From Lingula anatina (lineage: Eukaryota > Animalia > Brachiopoda), in the NCBI GenBank assembly GCA_051362555.1, contig CM120642.1, positions 2,790,001-2,854,000 of the forward strand: a DNA stretch of 64,000 nt, read 5' to 3'. Made by a program: the position numbers and the translations under genes. The notes beneath the pieces are model-generated. The model was not told where the DNA came from, did no database searches, and was given only the letters and a program-made list of their open reading frames with translations. This document shows, piece by piece, positions 40,550-51,298 of this stretch. Position 1 is the stretch's first letter. Every line of letters starts with the position of its first letter.

Positions 40550-42017
40550 GATTAATATGATCAGAAAGAAAAATGAGAAAATTAGATAAAAAGATTCAAA
40601 ATGAATCAAACTGATTTTGTTATTCTATAATGTGCAGTTCATATTGGATATATCAGTGCCAGATTAATGTGCTCTCGACAATCTCCTGCACATATGGAAC
40701 ATACCGAATGATCTGTGGGGCCTGTGGTTCTCAAATTTTCCTTGCTTTGTTCACAAAAAACATATTCTATGTATCATGTATATATTAGCACAATTAAATT
40801 GTAGTTTGAGCTGTGGCTCTTTTGTAGTTGCTGGGTTATGGTGCTATCTTCTCATTCTTGGTCAGCATTTTGATGAACTCCCATTGCTCAAGAATACCAT
40901 GAATAGCAGGTCTAGATCAGATGCTTAGCCAATGAAAGTATGTGTGTTCCATACATATAGGAATCTTCCAGTAAACATCTACCTTTTGGCTATCAATCTT
41001 AACCTTCAAATGATTTTTTTGTAATCTTCTCACCTTCCTGCACTGTATTTTAACAGGACACGTAGGTCCAAGCTCAGTTAGTCAATATCTTTGCCAAATT
41101 TCCCCAAACCTTAATAAATAGTTCCATGTTAACTAAGGCATCTACATTTTATTTTCTGATAACACGCATGACTTGACATATAACATCCTTTCTAGACCAC
41201 AAAAATAAGAAAAAATAGCAATTTTTCTAGAAAATAAGAAAAATAAGAATATCTGGAAAAAAAACAAAGAAAAAAAAATAAACATTTGGACACAAGTCAT
41301 AAAATGCTGTAATAACAAGCCTATTTTTAATTTTTCATTTAACTTTTCCTATCTTTTAATATCATTTTGCTTTATAGCCAAAACAGTGGGACATGTACTT
41401 GTTTCAGTCAATAAAACAAAAGACAGTGTCAATAGATTTCATAATCTGCCTCAAGGTACTTTTAACAGAGCAACGGAAAAGAGCAATTTTTCTGAAAATA
41501 ACCTTCTTCCTGATCCAAATTAAATATAAATGGCATGTTTGTTCCTCTGGACAGTGAGAATGAATTACAGCAGTCCCACCAGGAACGCAGTGGACTGACA
41601 TTTTCATTCCCCAATTTGGTAGACAAATGATTTAGTCAGGGATATCAAAATGGATTAAGAAAGTGGAATGTCCAGACAAAATTACATAAAAAAGACCTGG
41701 GAATAAGGGGCCAAAATTATTTGGACCCCTAGCACAACAACAATGGAAAGGTCTCAAAAATCATTTTACAGAAGCATTACAATATCTCAGAATTGCATTT
41801 AGCTATTTCCTTTTAATTTATTTGTTTATCCCTTTTTTTTTTTTCGTTTTGGAGAGGGGTCCTTTTTTAAATAGAATGAGTCACAGATAGACTGATTTAC
41901 CTATTGCTATCCAAAGCGTGTGCAATGCGTCTAAATTATTATAAATACACTCTGGTATACAGTTTATACAAACAAGAAGTTGCTCTGTAATTTCCAGTAT
42001 CCAATACAACAGACAAG

Positions 42018-42077
42018 ACAGGCCGAGACTAAATTCATGAGAACCGCCAGTGCTCACGTTGATGGTACTAACAATAA
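42018..42077 (-). mobile_element. Degenerate solo HINE 5' end
   Basis: gactaaattcatgagaaccgccagtgctcacgttgatggtactaa resembles 34150-34197. Confidence 0.55.
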
Positions 42078-45000
42078 TCATAATCAGATTATTCTAGCCA
42101 ATCACACTGAAAAATGTCACCAGCACATCAATTATATAGCACAACATGCCAGGTAATAAGAACATTAATCTGATTATTATACATTATATATGCATCTAGG
42201 ATTAAACTTGTAAGACATGTTCACAAGGTAGTTATCAAAATGAAAAAAATGTTATGCAGACAAAGTTTTACATGTAGACCCACCACACTCCAGTAATTAT
42301 TTCATGATCATTTTGCTCTGTTTTCTCATGAATATGGTGAAAATATAGTCATTTGGATAAAATATACTATTGCCAAGAGGGACGCTCAGCATGCAAACAT
42401 GCACAAATACACAATTTTGTATCTTACATCACATTCAGTATCACATGGATCATTCTGCACTCTTTGCCTTCAATCAATACCCCTTGGACCAATGCTAATC
42501 AATAAACAAGTCACCTGTAGCTGTCAAACACATCTAAAAATGTCTACACTCAATTCATATTGCACAGTCAGCATTTAGCAAATTATTTTTCAGTGCGAGT
42601 CAGCAAGTCTGAAGGCCTTCTTGGGACTTGTTGCAGGAAGTTTCCATTATCCAAAGGCTTCTTGCTAGCTTAGGTTTAATTGACTAATGAAGGTTTGAAA
42701 TTCTTTAGTTTTGAAGGCTTCTGGTAAAGGAATAATTTTCAATCAATCTACTATCTAGTGTACAGATAAATTTAAGATCAGGCAAAAGTGTTGGGTAATA
42801 GATTCCCATCATTGTAAATAAACAGATAAGAAACCTAGGTCAAATGGCCAACAATTCCCAAGTGTTGTTTATAATTACATTCCAAATCAAGAACTCTCAG
42901 TAGAATGGCCAGGTATCTGCATGATCACAGATCCTACTCAGTAAATGATATACAATCAAACTCAACATCTGAGGTTCAGGAACATTTCAAGAAGATACTG
43001 CAATGAGCGAAATATTTTTAATCAGCAGAGGTTGTCTTTCAGCCAAGCCAATTTATGACAGTAAATTCCTTAAAAGGGAAGAAATGATTTTTGATATTGT
43101 CTGTGCCCAGATTTCATTAAAATGTGCTTTTTTATCTATTTACCATTCTTAAACTCCATACCTTACAGGTAGCTACATTTGCTTTTTTCAGGATAGCAGC
43201 AGACATGCTATATTGTACAAACTTAGGACATAGAAATAGCATCCAAAATAATCATCTAATTTAACTGTAATCATTTACCAGAGCTTAAAACCTGTACATT
43301 TAAAATGCATCAATTGAACTAGAAATCATATTTTGTTATTGGCATCCAATCATATTTTGTTATTAGGGTCTAAATGTTAATTAAAATCATCCAGTGAATG
43401 CTTGGGGCTCTACATAAAATAGTTTATGAGGAGCTGCATTGGTGTGGAATTTTCAAAATGTTACAAAAACACAATTCCAAAGTGCACATTTCTCCTATGC
43501 TTCAAAAGCGCTCATTTTTTACTCATCACCAACAAAATACAATTGTATTTAGACTTCAATTGTTGACATTTATTCATCACGCAAGTGGGAAATGTCCACA
43601 AAAAAGCAATTATCTTAAACCAATTTTGAAAAAAATAGGTTCATTATAGTTCGATACTACATAATTTTAAGCCTGGCTATTTCAGCTTCTCTCCCCACAG
43701 CACAATTTCCAAATCACATCCGGCCATTCAGGATTAATTACTCTTCAAATATGTTTTCTTTCCTCTTTCAGGTTATTTTCCCTAGCATGGGCCTTTTTTC
43801 ATTTCACCTGACAGACAAATGAATTAGCATTTACACGTGATCATGCAGTGCAATTCACCAAGATCAGCGGCTGCTAGATAAAGGAAAGATGTCCCTACGT
43901 CGGGTCAACCAATTAAAATGTTTACATATATCCACGTTGTTTCCTCGTCAATCACTAAATGCACATGGTCTGAAGCAGATACAAATTGAGGATGGGTAAT
44001 AACTGAAAGCAAAACAATGCAGGCAACATATTAATGTTTAATTGTATGGAAAGTCATACTGAGAAATTCTAAATTGTTAGCCGCCCTTGGGGGTTGAGAG
44101 TTGATGCTGATCCAGAGAAAACAAGGCGATACAACCAAAATATGAAAAAAAAATCTGAAACCAGCCAACAGCTGTGACAAAGAATGACAAAATTTTAATC
44201 ATAAGCTTCCTTGTTCAGACTCACTATCCAAAATTGTTAATAAGTACTGCCTTATTGTCAGCAGCGTATCTGCGTCATTCCCAATCAATTTAGATATTCA
44301 AATTACTCATAGCCTAATTGGTATATTTTCTGTAATTTCTTTTTCTATTCATGTGAGAGAGGCCTCAGTTCTCTCCCAGTGAAAAGAGAGAGTGCTTTTT
44401 CATTTATTTCCCTGACAATTCCTTCTGTATTGATGAATCATGGGTGCCAAATATATCCTTTTCTTCTATAACCATATCCAGACAATAAAATTAAGCTAGA
44501 GTGTCCTGGTTCAACTACATCAATGCAAAATTGCATGTTCAGAATTATATAAAATTGCAGTAGCACAAAAGCTCATCATTCAATTAATTTTTCTATTTCC
44601 TTCTTTCATTTCTAAGTTTGGTCAATCCTTTGCATTTATTGAAAGCACCACGATGTTCTTCAATAATACTATTTCAGTGAACTTTACAGCAGGACGATCA
44701 GACATTTTAGTTACGTATAATCTTTTTATTCCATCAGCTGCCTTTTAAATTAAAGGAAATCGAATGAAAGTCCCCAAAAGGCCACCAATTTTTACAGATC
44801 AACTGTGTAGAATCTTCCATAAGGATAATCAATAGCCAATGATCTGATGTTGAAAAGCTTTAATTTTGGACTGAAAAAAATCACACATGACTAAAACCTA
44901 ACAGACACCTGTTATGATCTAAAATGAGTTTTATTAAATATGTTGTGAGGCTCTTCAGGTTTCTTCCATCACTGCATCTTCTAATAACCCTATTGCAAAA

Positions 45001-46629
45001 GTAAAACATATTCAACTTTAATCTGAATACTACCATTACTATTGATTTTAATTATAGCCTGTAAGGGTTCAGGGGTTTGAGGTAACTGCCATTTTGGCCA
45101 GAAAAATGTCCACTCTTGGCAAAAATTGATCTAGTTAAAAGGTCCACTTTATCAGAAATAGACCCTCTTTTAAAATCGCTGGCTAAGGAGCTGTTACTAG
45201 ATATAAAATCTAATAGAAATTCAATAAAATAATTTTAATTAATTAAAATATGCAAATTTTTGGTCAGTTACAAATCACTCAAGAATTAAACGTTTATTGC
45301 AGGGCAGTATGTGCGCCTTTGTGAAGAAAGTTAAATTGACCTATATTTCTTCAAAAAAACAAATCAAGAAATGCAAAGTGTTTCTACAAAAGCTCACCTG
45401 TATCCACATCTCATATTTGGCCTTTCTAATTCTGCACATTTACAGAGAGAGAGAGAGAGAGGGGGGAAGGGAGGGAGGGAGAAAGGGAGAGAGAGCTTAA
45501 ATGATAAAAATCAACAGACAAAACCTCCATCCATCCATTCAATGAGAAACAAAATTGACTGGAACATTCTGCTGCAACATGCAAAACAATACTACAGTCT
45601 CAAAGCTAGTTTCTAACCACAAAATCATTTTATCTTATGAAAGATACAGTTACCCCTAATTGTTATCATTTTATCTCTGAGTTATAAAAATTATAGTAAC
45701 TAATGCTTATATGATTATATAAATATTTCATTCATCCAGTAAAGTTTCAGCTAAGCAAATTAGGAAACCAAATAAAAGTGCCATTTAGTCCTACAAGTCA
45801 AATCACAGATGTCATCTTTAATGCACGTGGCATGCAATTGATTGTTTTTTCTAAGAATTGAGAGGCGCCTTAATGTCTCCTTGAAAGTGCTCCTTAAACA
45901 AATGGTAACTAAGGTATAATAAGAATCACAATCACCATTTACCTAATAGACCATACCACCAGTAAGTCAACCGCAGTGTGTGCATCCTGTTTTTAATGAG
46001 TATAGGCTCGGTAAAGAGCCAGTTATCAGCAGTAATCAATATCAAAAAGTGAGATCAAAATGCATGGCACTTGTTTATCCCATAACCACCACTTTTCCGT
46101 CATCTAAGCCAAAAGATTTCTGTCTAGTTTTTAGCCCATATGTAGCTCAAGTTATGCTCAAGAAGAGAGGGGGTGTTTTTTAAACTTTCCAACATGTCCT
46201 TGTTCATGTCTGTTCCCATAGATTATTAGGTTGAGCATTAATACCACACACATACACACACACGCACATGTAAAATATATATTTCAGATATTTGAATACT
46301 AATGGAGCTCTTAAAAGTGATAAAAAAGTAATGTTAATAATAAAATCCAGAAGTTTAAGAAGTGAAAACAAAACAGTTAATAAGATGGTGTATTAAAAGA
46401 TAATTTGAATTAAAATTTAGGATTAAAACGAGAAACAGCCAGTGTGTTAAAACTTTTTAAAAACCTCTTACTTCCTTCAAAAGTTCAAAATCTTTTGTGA
46501 CAAAGTAAAAGTGTAAACAAGCCAATGAAAGGATGATAAAAGTCACTCATGGTGTGTCCCTCCTCCTCCTCTTCATTCTCTCAAAATAGACACTGTCAAC
46601 ATATGGTAATTCATGACCAATTATCTTAT

Positions 46630-46810
46630 TCCAGCCTACTCTGACAGTCTGCTCTCTTTTACTAAGAAACTCTAAAATGCAAGTGCAAATTATGTTTTGG
46701 TACTGATGATTTAACACTTGGTAAAAACAAGCTTCTCCAACACCTGATCTCAAGAGCTACCAGATTGTTTATTGGAAAACTAAAGCGTAGTGGATGTTAT
46801 TTACAAATGA
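46630..46810 (-). mobile_element. Possible highly decayed LINE reverse-transcriptase fragment
   Basis: ILEFLSKREQTVRVG resembles the WI.DFL..R.Q.VRV motif of CR1/L2/Rex RTs; the upstream HPLRFSF..RSGVGEA weakly resembles DPLQFAY..R.V.DA. Confidence 0.35.
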
Positions 46811-47593
46811 TTGAATGATACTCGAGAACACTTGAACAAGGAAAACTGCTACGCACATATTTCATTCACTGATTTAATAAAATTATATTTTAAGCTTTTA
46901 AACAACTTTAGTGTCTGACTGCTCATTTGCAACTGGATTTTTCCACAAATACCAAATTCACTTCTCTTTTATAGCTCTTCAAGCAAATTTAAATACTATG
47001 ACACAAAATTGAGAAAGTCTGGTAATTAAACCAGTATTCCCTCAGGAATATAAATTCAAAACAAAAATTAAGCTGCAATAGATGTCAGACAATTGGACAT
47101 GGCCACCAAGCTGCTTGGTCTCCAGGCATCTGATAATCAATAGGGTTCAAATCAGATTTATTGAGCATTGCATACATGTATTCCTATAATTTTAAAGCAA
47201 CCTCAATTAAAGAAAGCTAAGCCCCTTGAGGTGTAGATGGCTTTAGCAGTGAGGCAGTCATTAACATATCAGCACTGTGGCCAATTTCCTCAGACAACGA
47301 GGAAGTCTGATAAATTGGCAGGAAATCACAAATTCCCACTTTCTGTGGAACATTTTTTTCCTGATCACTCCAGCATAATCTGTGTGGATTTATTCCATTA
47401 CTTACATTAAAGCCTTTTTAGCCAATATCACATTGCTTAATTACCAAATTGGTAAATAAAAAGGGCATTAAATGAAATAGTATTATCTACTGTCGGGATC
47501 ATTTGGCTAAAATGGACTCTGTCCAAGCCATTGAAACGTGTAAATTTTGACAACGACATGCTAGAGTGACCCACTTATTCAAGTTTCACTTAC

Positions 47594-47705
47594 CTTTTCC
47601 ACTTTGGAGAGACTGAGGGAATAGTTGTCTTTGGCTAAAAACTGCATAAAGCGCATGTTGGAGGATTGGGAGAGCTCTGTTATAATATTGGCATTCGGGA
47701 ATAGC
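47594..47705 (-). CDS. slo-2: KCNT exon, RCK2 ([37 protein letters not shown]); last exon before the 41.5-kb intron
   Basis: 112 bp, ttgtag / AAG|gtaagt, ends in phase 0. Confidence 0.97.
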
Positions 47706-48186
47706 CTACAAATAAGAAGATAAGGCAAGAGTTGAAAAGCAATATATTGTATGTTTATCAGTAATCTCTGGTCCACTGTAACAAATTAACTGTGGGCAAA
47801 AAGTTCATTTTGTATCAATAGTTACTGAAAAAAGAAAAAAAAATCATTGGAATATTTAGTGTACGTAACAAATTTATAGGGTTGGAATTCTTTTATTAGT
47901 TATGAATATTATAAAGACTGCTTTATGCAATGCATAATTTCAACAATATTGCCATATTCCTTAAAAAACCAAACAAAAAATCTCACAATTTGAAACAAAA
48001 CTTTTAGGTCAAACAGGTACATATCAATTAAATGTTTGTAAATTTAAGCTAACAGACAGTGTAATCATTCATAAAAAAAAAAAAAAACGTAAAATCAGTG
48101 TGTGTAATCATGGAAAATTTAAACAAGACTCATTTGTGTGTATTCTAATAAATCCATTGCACTCTCAGGATGGATTGCTCTAAAAG

Positions 48187-48315
48187 GATTCTGGGACAAT
48201 TCCCCCCCAGGGGGGGGGGGGGGGAATTGTCCGGGGGGGAATCGTCCGGGGGGGAATTGTCCTGGGGGGGAATTGTCCAGGGGGGAATAGTCCGGGGGGG
48301 AATTGTCCTGATACC
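48187..48315. mobile_element. Young Mutator/foldback-like MITE with 15-bp G-rich repeats and an 8-9-bp TSD
   Basis: ctctaaaag at 48178-48186 and 48316-48324; TIR ggacaattcccccc / ggggggaattgtcc; (ggggggaattgtcc.)x6. Confidence 0.85.
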
Positions 48316-48332
48316 CTCTAAAAGAATCTAAC

Positions 48333-48467
48333 CTGAAGATTGTCTGTACAGCCACAATGGTGTTACAGTCTGCCAGGTAGTCATCCTCCTCAGAGTTGGA
48401 ACTCTCCTTGTTCACTATCACCACATTGTCTGCCATGTTAATACCAGCCTTCAGCAGGTCATCAATA
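48333..48467 (-). CDS. slo-2: KCNT exon, RCK2 (IDDLLKAGINMADNVVIVNKES...DYLADCNTIVAVQTIF)
   Basis: 135 bp, ttgtag / AG|gttaga. Confidence 0.96.
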
Positions 48468-48785
48468 CTACAATATTATAGTGATTGATAAACAATATCA
48501 TGGTCAACAGTTTTAGAAACACATTTTAAGGTATTGGTTAAACATGAAATAATGAGAAAAGAGGCAGATAAAGCAATACAGAGTTATGAATTATGCATAG
48601 TTCATACCATGTCATCTAAGACACAATACAGATAACTTTTCAGACTACAACTCCTAGGACTGGAAAAAATATTAAAAGGTTCAAAAACTGTCCAGCCTAA
48701 GGTTGAAAAGATCAAAAGATGTGATAACAGCCAAACAGAATCTTGAGAAGAGTATATCAAATGAAGCAGTAAAGATAACAATTAC

Positions 48786-48857
48786 CTGTCCATAGATCCT
48801 ATCATCCAGTACACTAGAGGAAAGAAGCTGATCACTTCTTGAAATTTCTCTTCTGGT
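48786..48857 (-). CDS. slo-2: KCNT exon, RCK2 (PEEKFQEVISFFPLVYWMIGSMD)
   Basis: 72 bp, phase 2-2, tttcag / gtaat. Confidence 0.95.
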
Positions 48858-49289
48858 CTGAAAAATATGAGGATTGTGTTAGTTGTGAAACTTAGCTGCA
48901 GTGTGTTAGTTGTGAAACATGGCAGTATTGTGTAAGTGGTGAAACAAGTCCAACAGCTTTGTACTGGGTGCACAACATTCAGTCTTTCCTGCAGAATAAC
49001 TGGTGTACTTTAATCTATTACAATCTGAATGAAATACTGTAATTTGGGCCTCAAGTATCCGATGCCAACAACATAAGAACATAGTTTAAAACTTAACATC
49101 TTCCAACATTCTTTTGCCCATTTTGACAAATAAAATGACATCTTAAATAAACTCCGAATCAAAATAAATCTAGGACAAATTTTGCCTTTTACATAGATAA
49201 AAAAAACTAAGCTGATCTTCCTCATTACAATTAAATTAACGATTCAAAAAATCCAAATTCCTTAAACAGTATCTCTCCAATACCCCTAC

Positions 49290-49462
49290 CTTCTTTCCAG
49301 CAGCAGTACTATAGGATGTAGCTGGCTGCTTGGTATAAAATGTGACCTGAGAGGCACTATGAAGTTATAGATGCCCACACTGGCATTGTCTGCTATCAGA
49401 ATGATCACCTTGCTACTCCAGTTGTAGTCATTAGCTGTCACTGCCTTACAGTGCTGGCACTC
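49290..49462 (-). CDS. slo-2: KCNT exon, start of RCK2 (ECQHC...GIYNFIVPLRSHFIPSSQLHPIVLLLER)
   Basis: 173 bp, tttcag / AG|gtaggg. Confidence 0.96.
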
Positions 49463-49505
49463 CTGAAATATTTTTGTATGTATTGATGTATATTTCTCTC
49501 TATCT

Positions 49506-49677
<172 letters not shown>

Positions 49678-49879
49678 TGTACAACCCAAACCCATGACTA
49701 CATCAATCAAGTTATGTCTTTCACCCTTATATCTAACACACAATCACTCTACATAATATCACACTGTCAACTTTATGCAGGCATCAGTATACATGTACAT
49801 ATGACCTTAGAGCAATATTTATAATCTCTGCTTGGAAGGCAGTTTTTTATACTGTAAGTTTCTATATGTAGTTACAAAC

Positions 49880-49985
49880 CTTAGTAAGCTGTAAGCAGCA
49901 CAGCTGTCTTTTGTCTCGCAGCAGGTGACATAAGGTGGGACTGGTACCAATGTATGGGGCAACAGGGGGGAATCCAGGGAAAATG
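49880..49985 (-). CDS. slo-2: KCNT exon (IFPGFPPVAPYIGTSPTLCHLLRDKRQLCCLQLTK)
   Basis: 106 bp, tttcag / AAG|gtttgt; matches GYPPNSPYIGSSPTLCHLL...CCLRLDK. Confidence 0.96.
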
Positions 49986-50235
49986 CTGAAAACAAAGAAA
50001 ACAACACTGACTTTCTTTTTATTTTGCAACAACACACAATGACACTTCAGTGATAATAATTATACTTTGGGAAATATTTATGTCATTTCATCTACATCAC
50101 ATCCCCCCCCCCCCAAAGAAAATAATAATAATAATAAAGACTTATCAAAAAATCAAACTCAAAATAAATAATCCTATAATATAATATTATTAATTTGTAA
50201 GAAAAATATTTTCTCTTTCTGGTCAAATGACTCAC

Positions 50236-50398
50236 TCTGATCCATCAGTCTCATCTGTCATCTGGCTCTCTGCCTCAGTATCAGAGTCTGAGTCCACAGT
50301 GATATTGATCCCATGGGCCTCCAGGACTGCAGGGACTGGCGCTATACTTGGGCGACGGTTCAGACTTTGAATAGTCAAACCTGCCCCTAGAAGAGGTT
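50236..50398 (-). CDS. slo-2: KCNT linker exon B (...LNRRPSIAPVPAVLEAHG...SDTEAESQMTDETDGS); 5' edge 50398, 50386 or 50380
   Basis: RRPSIAPV is conserved with KCNT1; GA|gtgagt donor; phase 1-2. Confidence 0.9.
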
Positions 50399-50977
50399 CT
50401 AAATGAAATAGTTGTTGGCATTTGAGCAACTTACACTTAAAGCTTGAAAATGAATACATTAGCAACAACAGCAAGGAAAAACATGCTTTTTTTGTTTTTT
50501 TACTGGTTATGCTGGACAAGTTTTAAAATTAATTTAAGTATACTACTTTGTCTAATGTAATAATTGTTTCTGACAAAACCCTTTTCAGTTCAAACTACAG
50601 ACAAATTCTATAAAGGATATCCTACCAATTTCAAAATATTCTGTAATACAACCTTTAAATGTGCAGGCACCATAAAACTTACACTAGTTTATCTTTCCTA
50701 CAAACTACCAACAATGACATTAAGAAACTGTCAAAAAGAATGAATAAAGTAAAAAACAGGTAGGAAGATACACTAGCAAGAGATGAAGGCATCAACAAAT
50801 CAGCAGTAGAATAAAGTTTTGACCAATAACAAATTCACATGGTAAAAATTTAGTTTCAGCAAATTAATCTAGAAACAAAAGCATTGAATAGTTTTTGGTG
50901 ACTTCAGGTCACTTTCATATCACGTTCAGTATTTGTGGATTTGTCATTTTGCGTGATTGTCAACTACATAAAACTAC

Positions 50978-51140
50978 TCTATGAAATCACCAAAATTTTC
51001 ATCAACGTCTTTCAAAACTGATCCCTGGTTATCTATAAATGAAACTATTGAAGGCCTGATGGAAAGGTAAGGATGTACAAAGGCAGCTGGTTGAGCTGGC
51101 TCCATAACCAGAGATAAAATACATTTAGCATCTTGCATAT
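50978..51140 (-). CDS. slo-2: Candidate alternative (mutually exclusive) KCNT linker exon A (MQDAKCILSLV...LSIRPSIVSFIDNQGSVLKDVDENFGDFI)
   Basis: Open, phase 1-2, 163 bp, ttgttag acceptor, weak GA|gtagtt donor. Has RPSI plus an acidic tail like the neighbouring exon. Confidence 0.45.
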
Positions 51141-51166
51141 CTAACAAGGTGGTGCATGTCATGAGG

Positions 51167-51168
<2 letters not shown>

Positions 51169-51221
<53 letters not shown>

Positions 51222-51298
51222 GATGTGTTTGGGTGTGTGTGCACGCGAGCATTCATGCTTGTGTGTGTATAAGTGTGTGTTTGTGTGTGTGTGTGTGT
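51169..51298. repeat. (GT)n microsatellite, interrupted; reads (CA)n in the pre-mRNA
   Basis: Read directly. Confidence 0.95.

Noticed and set aside
47217-47342. Phase-0 open stretch and small hairpin just after exon 47594, as a possible alternative terminal exon
   Set aside because: Purine-rich acceptor context, no recognisable homology, short stem.
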